Assembly: GCA_036336835.1 (NCBI GenBank)
Contig: JAYZFK010000046.1
Location: 32,001-96,000 of the forward strand
Length of the DNA: 64,000 nt
Direction of reading: 5' to 3'
Origin: Myxococcota bacterium
Lineage (GTDB): Bacteria > Myxococcota_A > UBA9160 > UBA4427
Shown in pieces: positions 46,523-57,023 of this stretch (positions within the stretch are counted from its first letter, which is position 1; each line of letters starts with the position of its first letter). The position numbers and the translations under genes are program-made. A model generated the notes under the pieces. That model searched no databases and was not told the DNA's origin. It saw only the letters and a program-made list of their open reading frames with translations.

Positions 46523-47566
46523 GTGAAGCTCGGAACGCAGATTCAGTGGGATACGAAAAGGCTCGAGATACCGGTCGAGCGCGTCCAGTTCATCGAGCGC
46601 CTCGGGTACGACTCGGTGTGGTCGGCGGAGGCCTACGGGTCGGATGCGATCACACCGCTTGCGTTTCTCGCGGCCCACACGACGAAGCTGCGACTCGGCA
46701 CCGCCGTGATCCAGGTCGATGCGCGGACTCCCGCATCGACCGCGATGTCGATGGCGACACTCGACGCGATCTCGGGTGGCCGAGCGATCTGCGGGCTCGG
46801 GCTTTCCGGCCCCCAGATCGTCGAGGGCTGGTACGGGCGACCGTGGGGCAGTCCGTATTACAAGCTGCGCGACACCGTCGAGATCATTCGCAAGGTCTTC
46901 GAGCGCAAAGGACCGGTGAGCCACGAGGGCCGTCAGATCCAGCTTCCGTATCGCGGCCCGGACGGCTCGGCGATGGGCAAGCCGCTCAAGTCGATCCTGC
47001 ACATCCGATCCGACATCCCGATCTGGCTCGGCACGGGCGGCGACGCCAACGTGCGACTGACCGCCGAGCTCGCCGACGGCTGGCTGCCCTTCGGCTTCCG
47101 TCCCGGTGCGCTCGAGCGCTACCTGCCCTTGCTCGAGGAGGGCTTCCGGCGCGCGGGCGGCGGCAAGTCGCTGGAGAACTTCGAGATCCAGTCCGGGTGC
47201 ACCGTCTGTATCACCAACGATGTGAAGACCGCGCTCGACGCGCAAAAGCCGTTCATCGCGCTGTACGTCGGCGGCATGGGCCACGAGAAGATGAACTTCC
47301 ACAAGGATCGTATGGAGCGCGAGGGCTATCCCGAGGCGGCCGAGCGAATCCAACGGCTGTTCCTGGCGGGCAAGCGCGAGGAGGCCATCTCCGCCGTCCC
47401 GGACGAGTACGTCGACGAGGGCGGGCTGATCGGTACGCGCGAGCGAATCCGCGATCTCTACCGCTCGCGCTGGGAGAGCTGCGGCGCCACGGGACTCAAC
47501 ATCCGCGCGCAGACCGAGGAAGAGCTCGAACTGATGGCAGAGCTCGCCGGGACGCGCGACACCTGA
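46523..47566 (+). CDS. LLM class, probably F420-dependent, oxidoreductase
   Basis: Motifs WSAEAYGSDA, ARTPA..AM...TLD..SGGR, GLGLSGPQIVEGWYG, ALYVGGMG. Confidence 0.88.
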   Translation: MKLGTQIQWDTKRLEIPVERVQFIERLGYDSVWSAEAYGSDAITPLAFLAAHTTKLRLGTAVIQVDARTPASTAMSMATLDAISGGRAICGLGLSGPQIVEGWYGRPWGSPYYKLRDTVEIIRKVFERKGPVSHEGRQIQLPYRGPDGSAMGKPLKSILHIRSDIPIWLGTGGDANVRLTAELADGWLPFGFRPGALERYLPLLEEGFRRAGGGKSLENFEIQSGCTVCITNDVKTALDAQKPFIALYVGGMGHEKMNFHKDRMEREGYPEAAERIQRLFLAGKREEAISAVPDEYVDEGGLIGTRERIRDLYRSRWESCGATGLNIRAQTEEELELMAELAGTRDT

Positions 47567-47584
47567 GACCGCCTCGAGCCGGGC

Positions 47585-48484
47585 TCAGGGGGCGATGTCG
47601 CCGAGCCGTCTGCCGACATCGTCGCTCAGTCCGACCGGCGCGCGCAGATCGCCGTCGAGCAGCGTCAGCGTGACATAGCCGGCGTCGAACAACGTCGTGT
47701 CGGCCCCCTCGACCGTCTCCTGGACTTCGCTGCTTCCGAACGCGAGCCGGACCGTGTCCGAGTCCGAGCGTTCGAACCCGACCTCGAACGAAGCGCTGCG
47801 CCCGATGTTGGCCCACACCACGCCGGTCACCGCGTCGGCCCGGCGCGCCGGATAGTTGATGTTGAGCACGCTGTGGTCGGGCAGCAGGGCACCCGAAGCT
47901 CCACTCGCGTCCTGCAGCATGGCGATCGTTCGGGCAACGAACGCTGCAGCATCACCGAACGCCGACAGCGTACTCGCGAAGCGCGGCTCGGCACCCAGCT
48001 CAGACGGATCGATTCCAACGCTGATCGCGATCGCGGGATAGCCGAGCTGCATCGCCGTCAGTGCAGCACCCACCGTGCCCGAGAGCAGCGTCGCCGGTCC
48101 GATGTTCTGACCGAAGTTCGCCCCCGAGACGACGAGGTCGGGAGGCCTGTCTTCCAGCACGACGCCCAGCCCGACCCGCACGGCATCCGCCGGCGTGCCT
48201 CCAACCGACCACGTCCGCGGGCCCTGCTCTCGCAGCTCCAGAGTGCCGCCCGTGGTCGAACTCGAGCCGCTCCCGCTGCGATTGTCGAGCGGCGCGACGA
48301 GCGTCACGTCGTGACCGGCGCCTTCGAGCGCCGCCCGCACTTCGCGAATCCCCGGCGACCGATAGCCGTCGTCGTTGGTCAGCAGAATGCGCAGCTTGTT
48401 GGGGGCACTTTCCTCGCCCGGGCTCGCGCTGATGCAGCCCGTCGGCCCGATCAGGATCAGGCACAAGAGCGCCACGGTCCGCAT
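47585..48484 (-). CDS. surE: SurE-family 5'/3'-nucleotidase with lipoprotein signal
   Basis: Motifs ILLTNDDG, SGSG, GTPAD, PDLVVSGANFGQN, SGTVGAA. N-terminal hydrophobic helix + TG-C. Confidence 0.88.
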   Translation of the reverse strand: MRTVALLCLILIGPTGCISASPGEESAPNKLRILLTNDDGYRSPGIREVRAALEGAGHDVTLVAPLDNRSGSGSSSTTGGTLELREQGPRTWSVGGTPADAVRVGLGVVLEDRPPDLVVSGANFGQNIGPATLLSGTVGAALTAMQLGYPAIAISVGIDPSELGAEPRFASTLSAFGDAAAFVARTIAMLQDASGASGALLPDHSVLNINYPARRADAVTGVVWANIGRSASFEVGFERSDSDTVRLAFGSSEVQETVEGADTTLFDAGYVTLTLLDGDLRAPVGLSDDVGRRLGDIAP

Positions 48485-48592
48485 CTCGGCTCCTCCTTCG
48501 AGATTCTCCCGGCGCACGGCCGCGAGCATCGAAGCGGCAGCCTATCATGCGGATCTGGCGCGTGGCTATGCTCTACGCCTCGGAGGATCGGC

Positions 48593-49768
48593 GTGGCAGG
48601 TGCACTCGAAGGAGTTCGGATCATCGACGCTACGGCGCTGTTCGCCGGCCCGCTGGCGACGATGATGCTGGGAGATCAGGGCGCAGACGTAATCAAGATC
48701 GAGCCACCGGGTGGGCAAGGCGATCTGCTGCGCACGATGGGAATCACGCGCGGCGGCGTCGCCTCGACGTTTCACGCTGTCAACCGCAACAAGCGGTCGA
48801 TCGTGCTGGATCTGCGCGACGAGCGTGGGCGAGAGATCCTCGAACGTCTGGTCGAGGGCGCCGACGTCTTCGTGCAGAACTATCGGCCCGGCGTCGCCGG
48901 GCGTCTTGGCGTCGACGAGCCCCGCCTGCGCGAGCGGCGCCCCGATCTCGTCTACGTTTCGTTGAGTGCGTGGGGCGAATCGGGGCCACAGGCGCAGCAC
49001 CCCGCATTCGACAGCGTCATGCAGGCCGCCAGCGGGATCGCGGCAAGCCAGGCAGGAGCCGATGGGCAGCCGACGCTCGTGCGCAGCGCGATCGTCGACA
49101 AGATCACGGGACTCAACCTGGCACAGTGCATCACCGCGGCGCTGTTCGCGCGCGCACGCACCGGCGAGGGCCAGCACATCCACCTCAACATGCTCGACGC
49201 CGCCGTGGCGTTCCTGTGGCTCGACGGAATGCAGCACCGCACCTTCATCGGCGACGAATCCAAGCACAAGAACCCCTGGCTGCGACTGCTACCCACGCGG
49301 GACGGCTGGCTCGTGCTGTCGCTCAGCACCGACCAGAATTTCCAAAACGCCTCTCGCGTGCTGGACGATGCAGAGCTGGCTGCTGACCCGCGTTTCCAGA
49401 CGGTCGAGTCACGGGGTACCCAGCTGGACCTGTTGTTCGACGAGCTCGAGAAGCGAACCGCGCAGTGGGACTCGCGCACGCTCTGCGAGCGACTCGCCGA
49501 GGCGGATGTCCCGCACGCCGCCGCCACACCGCTCGAAGACGTCGAAAGCCACCCGCAGGTGATCGCGAACGGCACGTTGCTCGAAGGCCTTCACCACGCC
49601 TCGGGACGCATTCGCCACGCCAAGCCGGTCGCCGACTTCGACGGCACCCCCTCCACCATCCGCAGACTCGCTCCGGGCCGGAGCGAACACAGCGACGAGA
49701 TCCTCGACGAGCTCGGCGTTTCTCCCGAAGAACACAACGCACTGCGAACCGATGGCGTCATCGAATGA
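48593..49768 (+). CDS. CaiB/BaiF family III CoA-transferase
   Basis: Motifs AGP.A.MMLGDQGADVIKIE, NRNKRS, QNYRPG, active-site IVDK, GEGQ. Confidence 0.93.
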   Translation: MAGALEGVRIIDATALFAGPLATMMLGDQGADVIKIEPPGGQGDLLRTMGITRGGVASTFHAVNRNKRSIVLDLRDERGREILERLVEGADVFVQNYRPGVAGRLGVDEPRLRERRPDLVYVSLSAWGESGPQAQHPAFDSVMQAASGIAASQAGADGQPTLVRSAIVDKITGLNLAQCITAALFARARTGEGQHIHLNMLDAAVAFLWLDGMQHRTFIGDESKHKNPWLRLLPTRDGWLVLSLSTDQNFQNASRVLDDAELAADPRFQTVESRGTQLDLLFDELEKRTAQWDSRTLCERLAEADVPHAAATPLEDVESHPQVIANGTLLEGLHHASGRIRHAKPVADFDGTPSTIRRLAPGRSEHSDEILDELGVSPEEHNALRTDGVIE

Positions 49769-49813
49769 AGCAGTGAGGGGCCCGAGATCCTCCGACGCAA
49801 TGGGAGTACGCGC

Positions 49814-52069
49814 GTGATCCGGATCCTCGTGAGCTTCGCGATTATTGCGGCGCTGTGCGCTGGGGGGCTCTACACGATCGGGCTCGGAACCTTCGGAGAG
49901 ATCGTGCGTGCCGGATCGCCCGTCGCTCGAGCCCGCCCCGCCGATGTTCAAACTGAACGAGGCGAGACGCAGACACGCGCCGCGGCGTCGCTCGGCGCCG
50001 GGCGCGACAAGCAGATCGTGTTTGGCGACCTGCATGTACACACGGGCTTCTCACCCGACGCCTTCTCGACGAGCCTCCCCGTCATGATGGGCGAGGGTGC
50101 CAGCACGGTTGCCGATGCCTGTGACTTCGCGCGCTTCTGCTCCGCGCTCGACTTCTTCTCGATCAACGATCACGCCGAGGGCGCGACGGCTCGCACCTGG
50201 CAGGAGACGATCGACTCGCTACGTCAGTGCAACGCCGTAGCAAGCGAGCTTCCCGACCCTGACCTGGTCGCGTTTCTCGGCTGGGAGTGGACTCAAATGG
50301 GGACGACGGCAGGCAATCACTGGGGCCACCGCAACATCGTGCTGCGCGATCTCTCTGACGACGCAATCCCAGCGCGCCCGATTGCGTCCGCCTCGCCCGC
50401 AAAATATTTCTCGAGCCTGCCGAGTGCGATGGCGCTCGGTCTGCTCCCGCTGCTGCGTGGCTGGGAATACAACGACCTGGTCGCCTTTCAGCGCGAACGC
50501 GACGGCTACCCCACCTGTCCGGCCGACGTCCCGGTGCGCGAGCTCCCCAGCGACTGCCGCGAGTATGCGGCCGAGCCGCGCGAGCTGCTGGCAAAGCTCG
50601 CCGACTGGGGATATGACTCGCTGGTCATCCCGCACGGCACCACCTGGGGCATGTACACACCGCCGGGGGCGAGCTGGGACAAACAGATCGAGGCGGCACA
50701 GCGCGACCCCACGCGACAGCGCCTCGTCGAGGTCTACTCTGGCCACGGCAACTCCGAAGAATTTCGCAGCTTCCGCGAGATCGAATTCGACGCGAACGGC
50801 ACAGCTCGCTGCCCGGAGGCCACCGCCAGCCACCTGCCGGGCTGCCAGCGCGCGGCCAGGCTGATCTTCGAGCGCTGCACGCGCGCCGGCGAGCCCGAAG
50901 CCGAATGCAACCGCCGTGCGGCCGAGGCCCAGAGCTTCTACCTCGAGGCGGGGACGGCCGCGGGTCACCTCGCCGTGCCGGGCGCACGCCCGGAAGAGTG
51001 GCTCGATGCCGGGCAGTGCCGGGATTGCTTTCAGCCTTCGTTCAACTATCGACCGCAGAGCTCGGTCCAGTACATGCTGGCGCTGCGCGACCTCGAGAGC
51101 GGCGCCCAACATGCACTCGACCGCTTTCACTTCGGATTCATCGGCTCGAGCGATACCCACACCGCGCGCGCCGGCTCCGGCTACAAGGAGTTCGATCGCA
51201 TCCGACAGACCGACTCGACGATGCAGTACGCCGGGAGATTGTTCGGTGAGCGTCCCAAGGACACCCCTGCGGAGGCGAAGCCGGTGGATCTCACGCGCAC
51301 CAATCCGGCCCTGTGGCTCGAGAGCGAGCGCTCCGGCTCGTTCTTCGTCACGGGGGGCCTCGCTGCCGCCCACACCACGAGCCGGGCGCGCGATGACATC
51401 TACGCGGCGCTCGCGCGCAGGGAAACGTACGCCACGAGCGGTCCGCGGATCCTGCTGTGGCTCGATCTCGTCAACCCGCCCGACGATATTCCGGTACCAA
51501 TGGGCGGGCGCGTAACGCTAGCCGAGCCGCCCGTCTTCCAGGTGACCGCGATCGGCTCGCTCGAACAATTGCCGGGCTGCCCTGATCAGGTATCCCGACA
51601 GCTGACGGCCGATCGGCTGCAGAGGCTCTGCGCCAACGAGTGCTACCACCCCTCGGACGTAAGACGCCCGATCAGCCGCATCGAGGTGGTACGCATCCGC
51701 CCCCGGCAGACTGCCGACGAGGCGATCGAAGCACTGATCGAAGATCCCTGGCGCGTCCTGCCGTGCGACGGCAATCCCGCGGGCTGCAGTGCCCGCTTCA
51801 GCGATCCATCGTTCGCGAGCACCGGCCGCGACTCGCTCTACTACGTCCGCGCGATCGAGGCCCCGATTCCTACGGTGAACGGCGATCCACTGCGTTGCAC
51901 GCGCGACCCGGACGGTGCATGCCGCAGCGTCGATCTGTGCCGCGACGACCGCCGCGACGACTGCTTGGCACCCAACGAGCCACGGGCCTGGTCGTCGCCG
52001 ATCTACATCGACTACGACCCGCCGAAGGAATGGCCGGTCAGCCGACCCGCTCCCGCCGAAGTGAGCTGA
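49814..52069 (+). CDS. DUF3604 domain protein (PHP-like metal-binding)
   Basis: Motifs GDLHVHT.FS.DA, INDHAE, GWEWT, HRN, IPH, HGNSE, SSDTH, RETYATSGPRI, RAWSSPI. Confidence 0.85.
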   Translation: MIRILVSFAIIAALCAGGLYTIGLGTFGEIVRAGSPVARARPADVQTERGETQTRAAASLGAGRDKQIVFGDLHVHTGFSPDAFSTSLPVMMGEGASTVADACDFARFCSALDFFSINDHAEGATARTWQETIDSLRQCNAVASELPDPDLVAFLGWEWTQMGTTAGNHWGHRNIVLRDLSDDAIPARPIASASPAKYFSSLPSAMALGLLPLLRGWEYNDLVAFQRERDGYPTCPADVPVRELPSDCREYAAEPRELLAKLADWGYDSLVIPHGTTWGMYTPPGASWDKQIEAAQRDPTRQRLVEVYSGHGNSEEFRSFREIEFDANGTARCPEATASHLPGCQRAARLIFERCTRAGEPEAECNRRAAEAQSFYLEAGTAAGHLAVPGARPEEWLDAGQCRDCFQPSFNYRPQSSVQYMLALRDLESGAQHALDRFHFGFIGSSDTHTARAGSGYKEFDRIRQTDSTMQYAGRLFGERPKDTPAEAKPVDLTRTNPALWLESERSGSFFVTGGLAAAHTTSRARDDIYAALARRETYATSGPRILLWLDLVNPPDDIPVPMGGRVTLAEPPVFQVTAIGSLEQLPGCPDQVSRQLTADRLQRLCANECYHPSDVRRPISRIEVVRIRPRQTADEAIEALIEDPWRVLPCDGNPAGCSARFSDPSFASTGRDSLYYVRAIEAPIPTVNGDPLRCTRDPDGACRSVDLCRDDRRDDCLAPNEPRAWSSPIYIDYDPPKEWPVSRPAPAEVS

Positions 52070-52116
52070 ACCGCTATGCTCGCGCGCCGCGACCGCCCGA
52101 ACGCTGGAAAGGACCG

Positions 52117-53580
52117 ATGCCCGTCGTCTCCTACGGCCACGCTCTGACGCTCCACGCTGAAACCGAGCCGGACCGCGTTGCCATCATCCACGACAACGCC
52201 GTCACGACGATCGGCGATCTCGAGCGCGCCGCGCGCAGACGCGCCCGCCTGTTCCTCGAACGCAACGTCGGCATTGGCGATTTCGTCACGCTCGCTCTTC
52301 CCAACTGTGTCGAGTTCTTCGAGGCGACCTTTGCAGCCTGGAAGATCGGCGCCGTGCCGCAGCCCGTGTCGGCGAAGCTTCCGCTGGCCGAGCGAAACGC
52401 GATCCTGAAGAGGGCACAGCCGGTCCTCGTCGTCGGTGTGGAAGAGGGAACGCACGCCGGGTTCGAGTGCCTGCCCGCGAGCAGCGATGTGAGCGGATAC
52501 GACGATGCTCCGCTTCCGGACGTCGTCGCGCCGAACCGGCAGGCGCTCGCATCCGGCGGCAGCACCGGAACGCCGAAGGTGATCGTCGACGTGCTGCCCG
52601 CCGAAGTCGACCCCGACGAGCCCTTCTACGGCGTCGAGCCGGGACGCACGACGCTGGTTCCGGGACCGCTGTATCACGCCGGCCCGTTCATCAATGGCAT
52701 GGTCACACTGTTGACCGGAGGCCGCGTGATCCTGATGTCACGCTTCGACGCGGAGCAGACGCTCGCGCTGATCGAGGAGCATCGGATCGCCTTCGTGAAC
52801 CTCGTGCCCACCATGCTGCAGCGCATCTGGCGACTGCCCGATGCGACCCGCCTGCGCTACGACCTGTCGTCGCTGAAGAGCGTTTACTCGAGCGGCGCCG
52901 CCTGCCCCGCCTGGCTCAAGCGCGCGTGGATCGACTGGCTCGGCCCCGAGAAGATCTTCGAGGCGTACGGCGCGACGGAGCGTACCGGGGGCACGATGAT
53001 CTCGGGAGCCGAGTGGCTCGAACGGCCGGGCTCGGTCGGAAAGCCGACACACGGACGCAAGCTCGAGATCCGCGACGCGAACGGTCGCGCTCTGCCACCT
53101 CACGAAGTGGGCGAGATATACATGATGCCTCCCGGCGGGCAGGGATCGACGTACCGCTACATCGGCGCGGAGGCCCGAGCAAGCGCCGACGGCTGGGAGT
53201 CGCTCGGCGACATGGGCTACATGGACGCCGAGGGCTACCTATATCTCGTCGATCGTCGCAGCGACATGGTCGTGACCGGCGGGTCCAACGTCTACCCGGC
53301 CGAGGTCGAAGCTGCGCTGGACTCCCATCCCAACGTGCATTCGAGCGCCGTGATCGGCTTGCCCGATGACGACCTGGGCCAGCGCGTGCATGCGATCGTC
53401 GAGGCGCGTCCACCGGTGGATGAAGAGGAGCTCCGCAAATACCTCGCGGAGTACCTGGTTCGCTACAAGATTCCGCGAACTTTCGAGTTCGCGGATCAGC
53501 CGCTGCGCGACGATGCTGGCAAGCTGCGTCGTTCGAAGCTGCGCGAGGACCGGATCGCCAAGCAGAACACGAACCAATGA
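52117..53580 (+). CDS. acyl-CoA synthetase (AMP-binding, bile-acid-CoA ligase-like)
   Basis: Motifs SGGSTGTPK, GPLYH, YGATE, LGDMGY, NVYPAEVE, GKLRR. Confidence 0.92.
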   Translation: MPVVSYGHALTLHAETEPDRVAIIHDNAVTTIGDLERAARRRARLFLERNVGIGDFVTLALPNCVEFFEATFAAWKIGAVPQPVSAKLPLAERNAILKRAQPVLVVGVEEGTHAGFECLPASSDVSGYDDAPLPDVVAPNRQALASGGSTGTPKVIVDVLPAEVDPDEPFYGVEPGRTTLVPGPLYHAGPFINGMVTLLTGGRVILMSRFDAEQTLALIEEHRIAFVNLVPTMLQRIWRLPDATRLRYDLSSLKSVYSSGAACPAWLKRAWIDWLGPEKIFEAYGATERTGGTMISGAEWLERPGSVGKPTHGRKLEIRDANGRALPPHEVGEIYMMPPGGQGSTYRYIGAEARASADGWESLGDMGYMDAEGYLYLVDRRSDMVVTGGSNVYPAEVEAALDSHPNVHSSAVIGLPDDDLGQRVHAIVEARPPVDEEELRKYLAEYLVRYKIPRTFEFADQPLRDDAGKLRRSKLREDRIAKQNTNQ

Positions 53581-53633
53581 CGCGTCGCGGGCCTCGACCT
53601 CGTCCCGGGCCGCACGGCCGCTCCCGACCGCGC

Positions 53634-54389
53634 TCAGGCCAGTCGGTACTCGAGCTCGGAGAGATCGGCGAGTTCGAGATCCGGCGCCGGGCCGTCGAAC
53701 GCCGCGAGTGCCGCATCGCGATCGCGGACACTGCGAGTGATCCAGGCCGTGCGCATTCCGACCGCTGCGGCACCGGCGACGTCGGCGCCGAGCCGGTCCC
53801 CGACGTGCAGGATACGCTCGGCTGAGACGCCGATCCGCTCGACAACGACATCGAAGATCCCGCGCTCCGGCTTGCGCACGTCGACCTCGTCCGAGATCGC
53901 CAACGCATCGAAGCTCTCCCGCAGGTCCCGTTCCTCGAGGATGCGGATCGCCGTCGGCGAGTGACTGAAGTTCGAGCACAGCGCGATTCGGAAGCGCTCG
54001 TGCAGCCGCCGCAGCAGCACCGGGTGGTGACTCGGCATCGTCGTGTGGGCGCGGATCATACCGAGGTGGAGCGCGCCGAGCTCGGCCGCCATCGACCGGT
54101 CGGCAATCCCCAGACGCGCGACGATCTCGTCGAAGCGCTCCTGGTTCGGGAGCTCGCGACCCGCGTCCCAGCGCGGTCGCCTCAGCTCGCGATCCACCTC
54201 CCCCATCACCTTGAGAAAGGCCGCAAGCTCGATCGTGTGGCGCGTGATCAGGTGATCGTGCAACACCCCTGCAGTCGAGGGGACGCTTCGGCCGTTCCAC
54301 TCGATCCGCGGCAGGCGTTCGAGCTCGCCGTCGACCAACGTCTCGAACAGATCGAACGAGATCGCCTCGATGTTCCCGATCGCTCCCAC
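53634..54389 (-). CDS. HAD family hydrolase
   Basis: Motifs FDLFETL, CSN, RKP...IF, HVGD...DVAGA...GM. Confidence 0.9.
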   Translation of the reverse strand: MGAIGNIEAISFDLFETLVDGELERLPRIEWNGRSVPSTAGVLHDHLITRHTIELAAFLKVMGEVDRELRRPRWDAGRELPNQERFDEIVARLGIADRSMAAELGALHLGMIRAHTTMPSHHPVLLRRLHERFRIALCSNFSHSPTAIRILEERDLRESFDALAISDEVDVRKPERGIFDVVVERIGVSAERILHVGDRLGADVAGAAAVGMRTAWITRSVRDRDAALAAFDGPAPDLELADLSELEYRLA

Positions 54390-54482
54390 TCTGCTCCCGA
54401 GCTCGCAGCCGCGAGCGAATCACGGAAGGGTATCGGCTGCGATAGCGCTGCAGCAAACTCCGCGGGCCGTATACTCCGCCCC

Positions 54483-54833
54483 ATGCGATCGCTCCTCATC
54501 GTTGGCGGCATGTGCGCGGCCATCCTCGCCTGCGCCGAGCCCGAGCAATCCCCGCAGTCACCGCCAATCATGCCGATCGAGGGAGCCCAGCTCGACGCGA
54601 TGCAACGCAACCTTCGCAAGTTGCGCCTCGCTCCCCCGGTCTGGGCCAACGTCGAGCGCAGCCGGGACGAAACGCGCGTCGTCATCCACGCGCGCGTCGA
54701 TGGACTCTCGCGGGAGACCCGCACCAGATACTGCGGCATGGCGATCTCCGCAATGAAGGCGGAGCTCCATCAGGGCCAGCAACTCGAGATCTATCTGATC
54801 GACGTCGACGACGGCGTGCTGGCCTGTCGCTAG
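54483..54833 (+). CDS. hypothetical lipoprotein
   Basis: Lipobox in MRSLLIVGGMCAAILA-C. TATACT -10 element 7 nt upstream. Fills the gap between neighbours. Confidence 0.65.
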   Translation: MRSLLIVGGMCAAILACAEPEQSPQSPPIMPIEGAQLDAMQRNLRKLRLAPPVWANVERSRDETRVVIHARVDGLSRETRTRYCGMAISAMKAELHQGQQLEIYLIDVDDGVLACR

Positions 54834-54857
54834 GAGCGGAGCACTCAGCCCGCCTGC

Positions 54858-56513
54858 TCACACCCGCATGATCAGTCCACCGGCGAATGCCAGCAGCACA
54901 TTTGCGAATGCGTAGGTCCCCACGTAGCCGAGCGCGGGAACTGCGCTGTCCGCCTGTGCACGCACCTGCTGCAGTGCGGCTGTACTCGTCATCGCTCCCG
55001 TAACGGCCCCGAGCAGGAGCGCAGCATTCATCTTGAACGCGAGACGTCCGACCGCAAAGCTGATCAGCATCGGAACGACCGTGATCACGATGCCGCTCGC
55101 GATCAGCGTGGGCCCCACCGACCGGAAGGTCTCGAGGATGGCCGACCCCGCGCTAACGGCGACCTCCGCCATGAACAGCAGGAGACCGAGCTCCATCAAC
55201 GCAAAGCGAGCGGCGACGGGCAGTCGGCCGAACGACGGCCGTCGCGAGCGCAGCCAGCCGAACAGCAGGCCCGCGAGCAGCACACCTCCGGCCGTACCGA
55301 GACCGAGCGTCGTGGCCCGGAAGGTCAGCGTGAACGTGCCCACGAAGATTCCGAGTGCAATGCCGAATACGAGCGCGAGTAGATCGGTCTCGTGAACCGA
55401 TGCCTCCTGGTGGCCGAGCCGATTCGCGACCTCGTCGAGATCGGAGATCGCGCCGGTGAGCAGCAGCCGATCCCCGACGTGCAGCGAGAGGTCAGCCCGC
55501 CGCGGCAGCATGACGCCCGTGCGGGTGATTTCGGTCAGCCAGCAACCGTACGCCCGCGCGAGGTCGAGATCCTGGAGTGTCTTGCCTTCGATGTCATCGT
55601 TCGAGATCACGATGCTGCGAGATTCCATCGATCGATCGAGCACATCGGCATCGACGACCTCCGTGCCGATCCGCTCGCTCGCTTGATCGTGCAGGCGCGG
55701 AAGGGCGACGATCGAGACCACGTCCCCGATTGCGAGATACGTGTTCGGCTCCGGCGAGAAGATCTCGTCGTTGCGCTTGATCAGCTGGATCTCGTAGGGA
55801 AGGCTGAGGTCGCGTGCGCCGTACGCGGCCCGCGTCGCCCGCTCTTTCTCCACCCGATAGGAGCGAATGGTCGGTAGCTCGGCCGGACCCGAATCCTCTT
55901 CGTCGAAGTTGCCGAGGCCGAGCTTCGCGGCCTCGGCAGCGAGATCGATCCCGCAGAGCTTCGGGACAAAGGCGATCGTGAGCACCAGCCCACCCATCCC
56001 GAACACATAGGTGATGGCGTAGGCCGCAGAGATGTTGGCGAGCACATCGTCGGCCGTCATCCCGTCCGGCAGCTGCACACCCTGTGCGAGCGCGTCCTGC
56101 GCTGCAACCAGGGTCGGAGTACTCGTCAGCCCGCCGGCCAGTGCCCCCGCGGCAACACCCAGCTCGAAATCGAAGATGCGCTCGATCCCCGTAGCAAGGC
56201 CGAGGCCCGTCGCAGCGGTGATCACCGACAATACGGCATAGCGAGTGCCGTCTTGCTTGAAGACACGTACGACCTCCGGGCCCGCCTGCATCCCCACGCA
56301 GTAGATGAACAGCGTGAAGCCGATGCTGTGCGACGAGACCGGGATCTCGAGCCCGCGGTGTCCGATCACGAGCCCGATCACCAACACGCCAGTGACGGCG
56401 CCGATCTCGACTCCGGCGATTCGGAGACGTCCGAGCAACAATCCCAGGCCCAGCAGCAGGAAGAGGACCAGAGGCGGATTCGCCCGTAGCAACTCGAGGA
56501 TATCGATGTCCAC
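54858..56513 (-). CDS. ybjL: aspartate:alanine exchanger (AAEx/YidE/YbjL) family transporter with TrkA-C domains
   Basis: GTG 56513 gives MDIDILELLRAN..., resembling the YbjL N-terminus. Motifs LFIYCVGMQAGP, AGGLTSTPTL, YAITY, GAMTSTAAL, GYVGTYAFAN. Confidence 0.88.
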   Translation of the reverse strand: MDIDILELLRANPPLVLFLLLGLGLLLGRLRIAGVEIGAVTGVLVIGLVIGHRGLEIPVSSHSIGFTLFIYCVGMQAGPEVVRVFKQDGTRYAVLSVITAATGLGLATGIERIFDFELGVAAGALAGGLTSTPTLVAAQDALAQGVQLPDGMTADDVLANISAAYAITYVFGMGGLVLTIAFVPKLCGIDLAAEAAKLGLGNFDEEDSGPAELPTIRSYRVEKERATRAAYGARDLSLPYEIQLIKRNDEIFSPEPNTYLAIGDVVSIVALPRLHDQASERIGTEVVDADVLDRSMESRSIVISNDDIEGKTLQDLDLARAYGCWLTEITRTGVMLPRRADLSLHVGDRLLLTGAISDLDEVANRLGHQEASVHETDLLALVFGIALGIFVGTFTLTFRATTLGLGTAGGVLLAGLLFGWLRSRRPSFGRLPVAARFALMELGLLLFMAEVAVSAGSAILETFRSVGPTLIASGIVITVVPMLISFAVGRLAFKMNAALLLGAVTGAMTSTAALQQVRAQADSAVPALGYVGTYAFANVLLAFAGGLIMRV

Positions 56514-56523
56514 GATTCGTACG

Positions 56524-57023
56524 CTAGTCGCGCGGCTTCTGCTGCGGCGGGAAATTCGCCAGCATGTCGTCAGCGCCTGGCGCAGTCTCGCGCGACGTTC
56601 CTCGATCGCACTACCGACGTAGAACGGCGCGCGTCCCCAACCCGTCCACACGCGGCGGCCGGCCGGATCCACCAACAGCAGCGACAGCCCCGCCGTCGAG
56701 CTCGAGCGATCCGCCGCGATGAACGTATCGACCCGCAGGTGGTAGGAGAGCAGGTAGTCGGGCTCCCCGGCGTTGGCGCGGCGATAGCCCCTCGCCGCGA
56801 AGGCGGCCTCGGCTTCCTCCTCGATCGCCTGACCGAGAACGGCAGTATTGAGCTCCGGATCTCGCGGCAGCGAGATATTGGCGCGATCCCACGCAAAGCT
56901 CGCCGCGGCGGGGAAGCGCACCAGGGGATCGAAGGCGGTCGAGACGGGAATCCGACCTCCGGCGGACGCGCACCCGAGTCCAAGTAGGATGCCCCAGAGC
57001 CAGACCATCAGCGCCCGACGCAT
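56524..57023 (-). pseudogene. DUF4136 lipoprotein with a 1-nt frameshift near its 3' end (real lesion or sequencing error)
   Basis: Lipobox LG-C, RGY..PDYLLSY, VD...RRVWTG. The expected end DDMLANFPPQQKPRD* lies in the -1 frame from about 56571. Confidence 0.75.
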
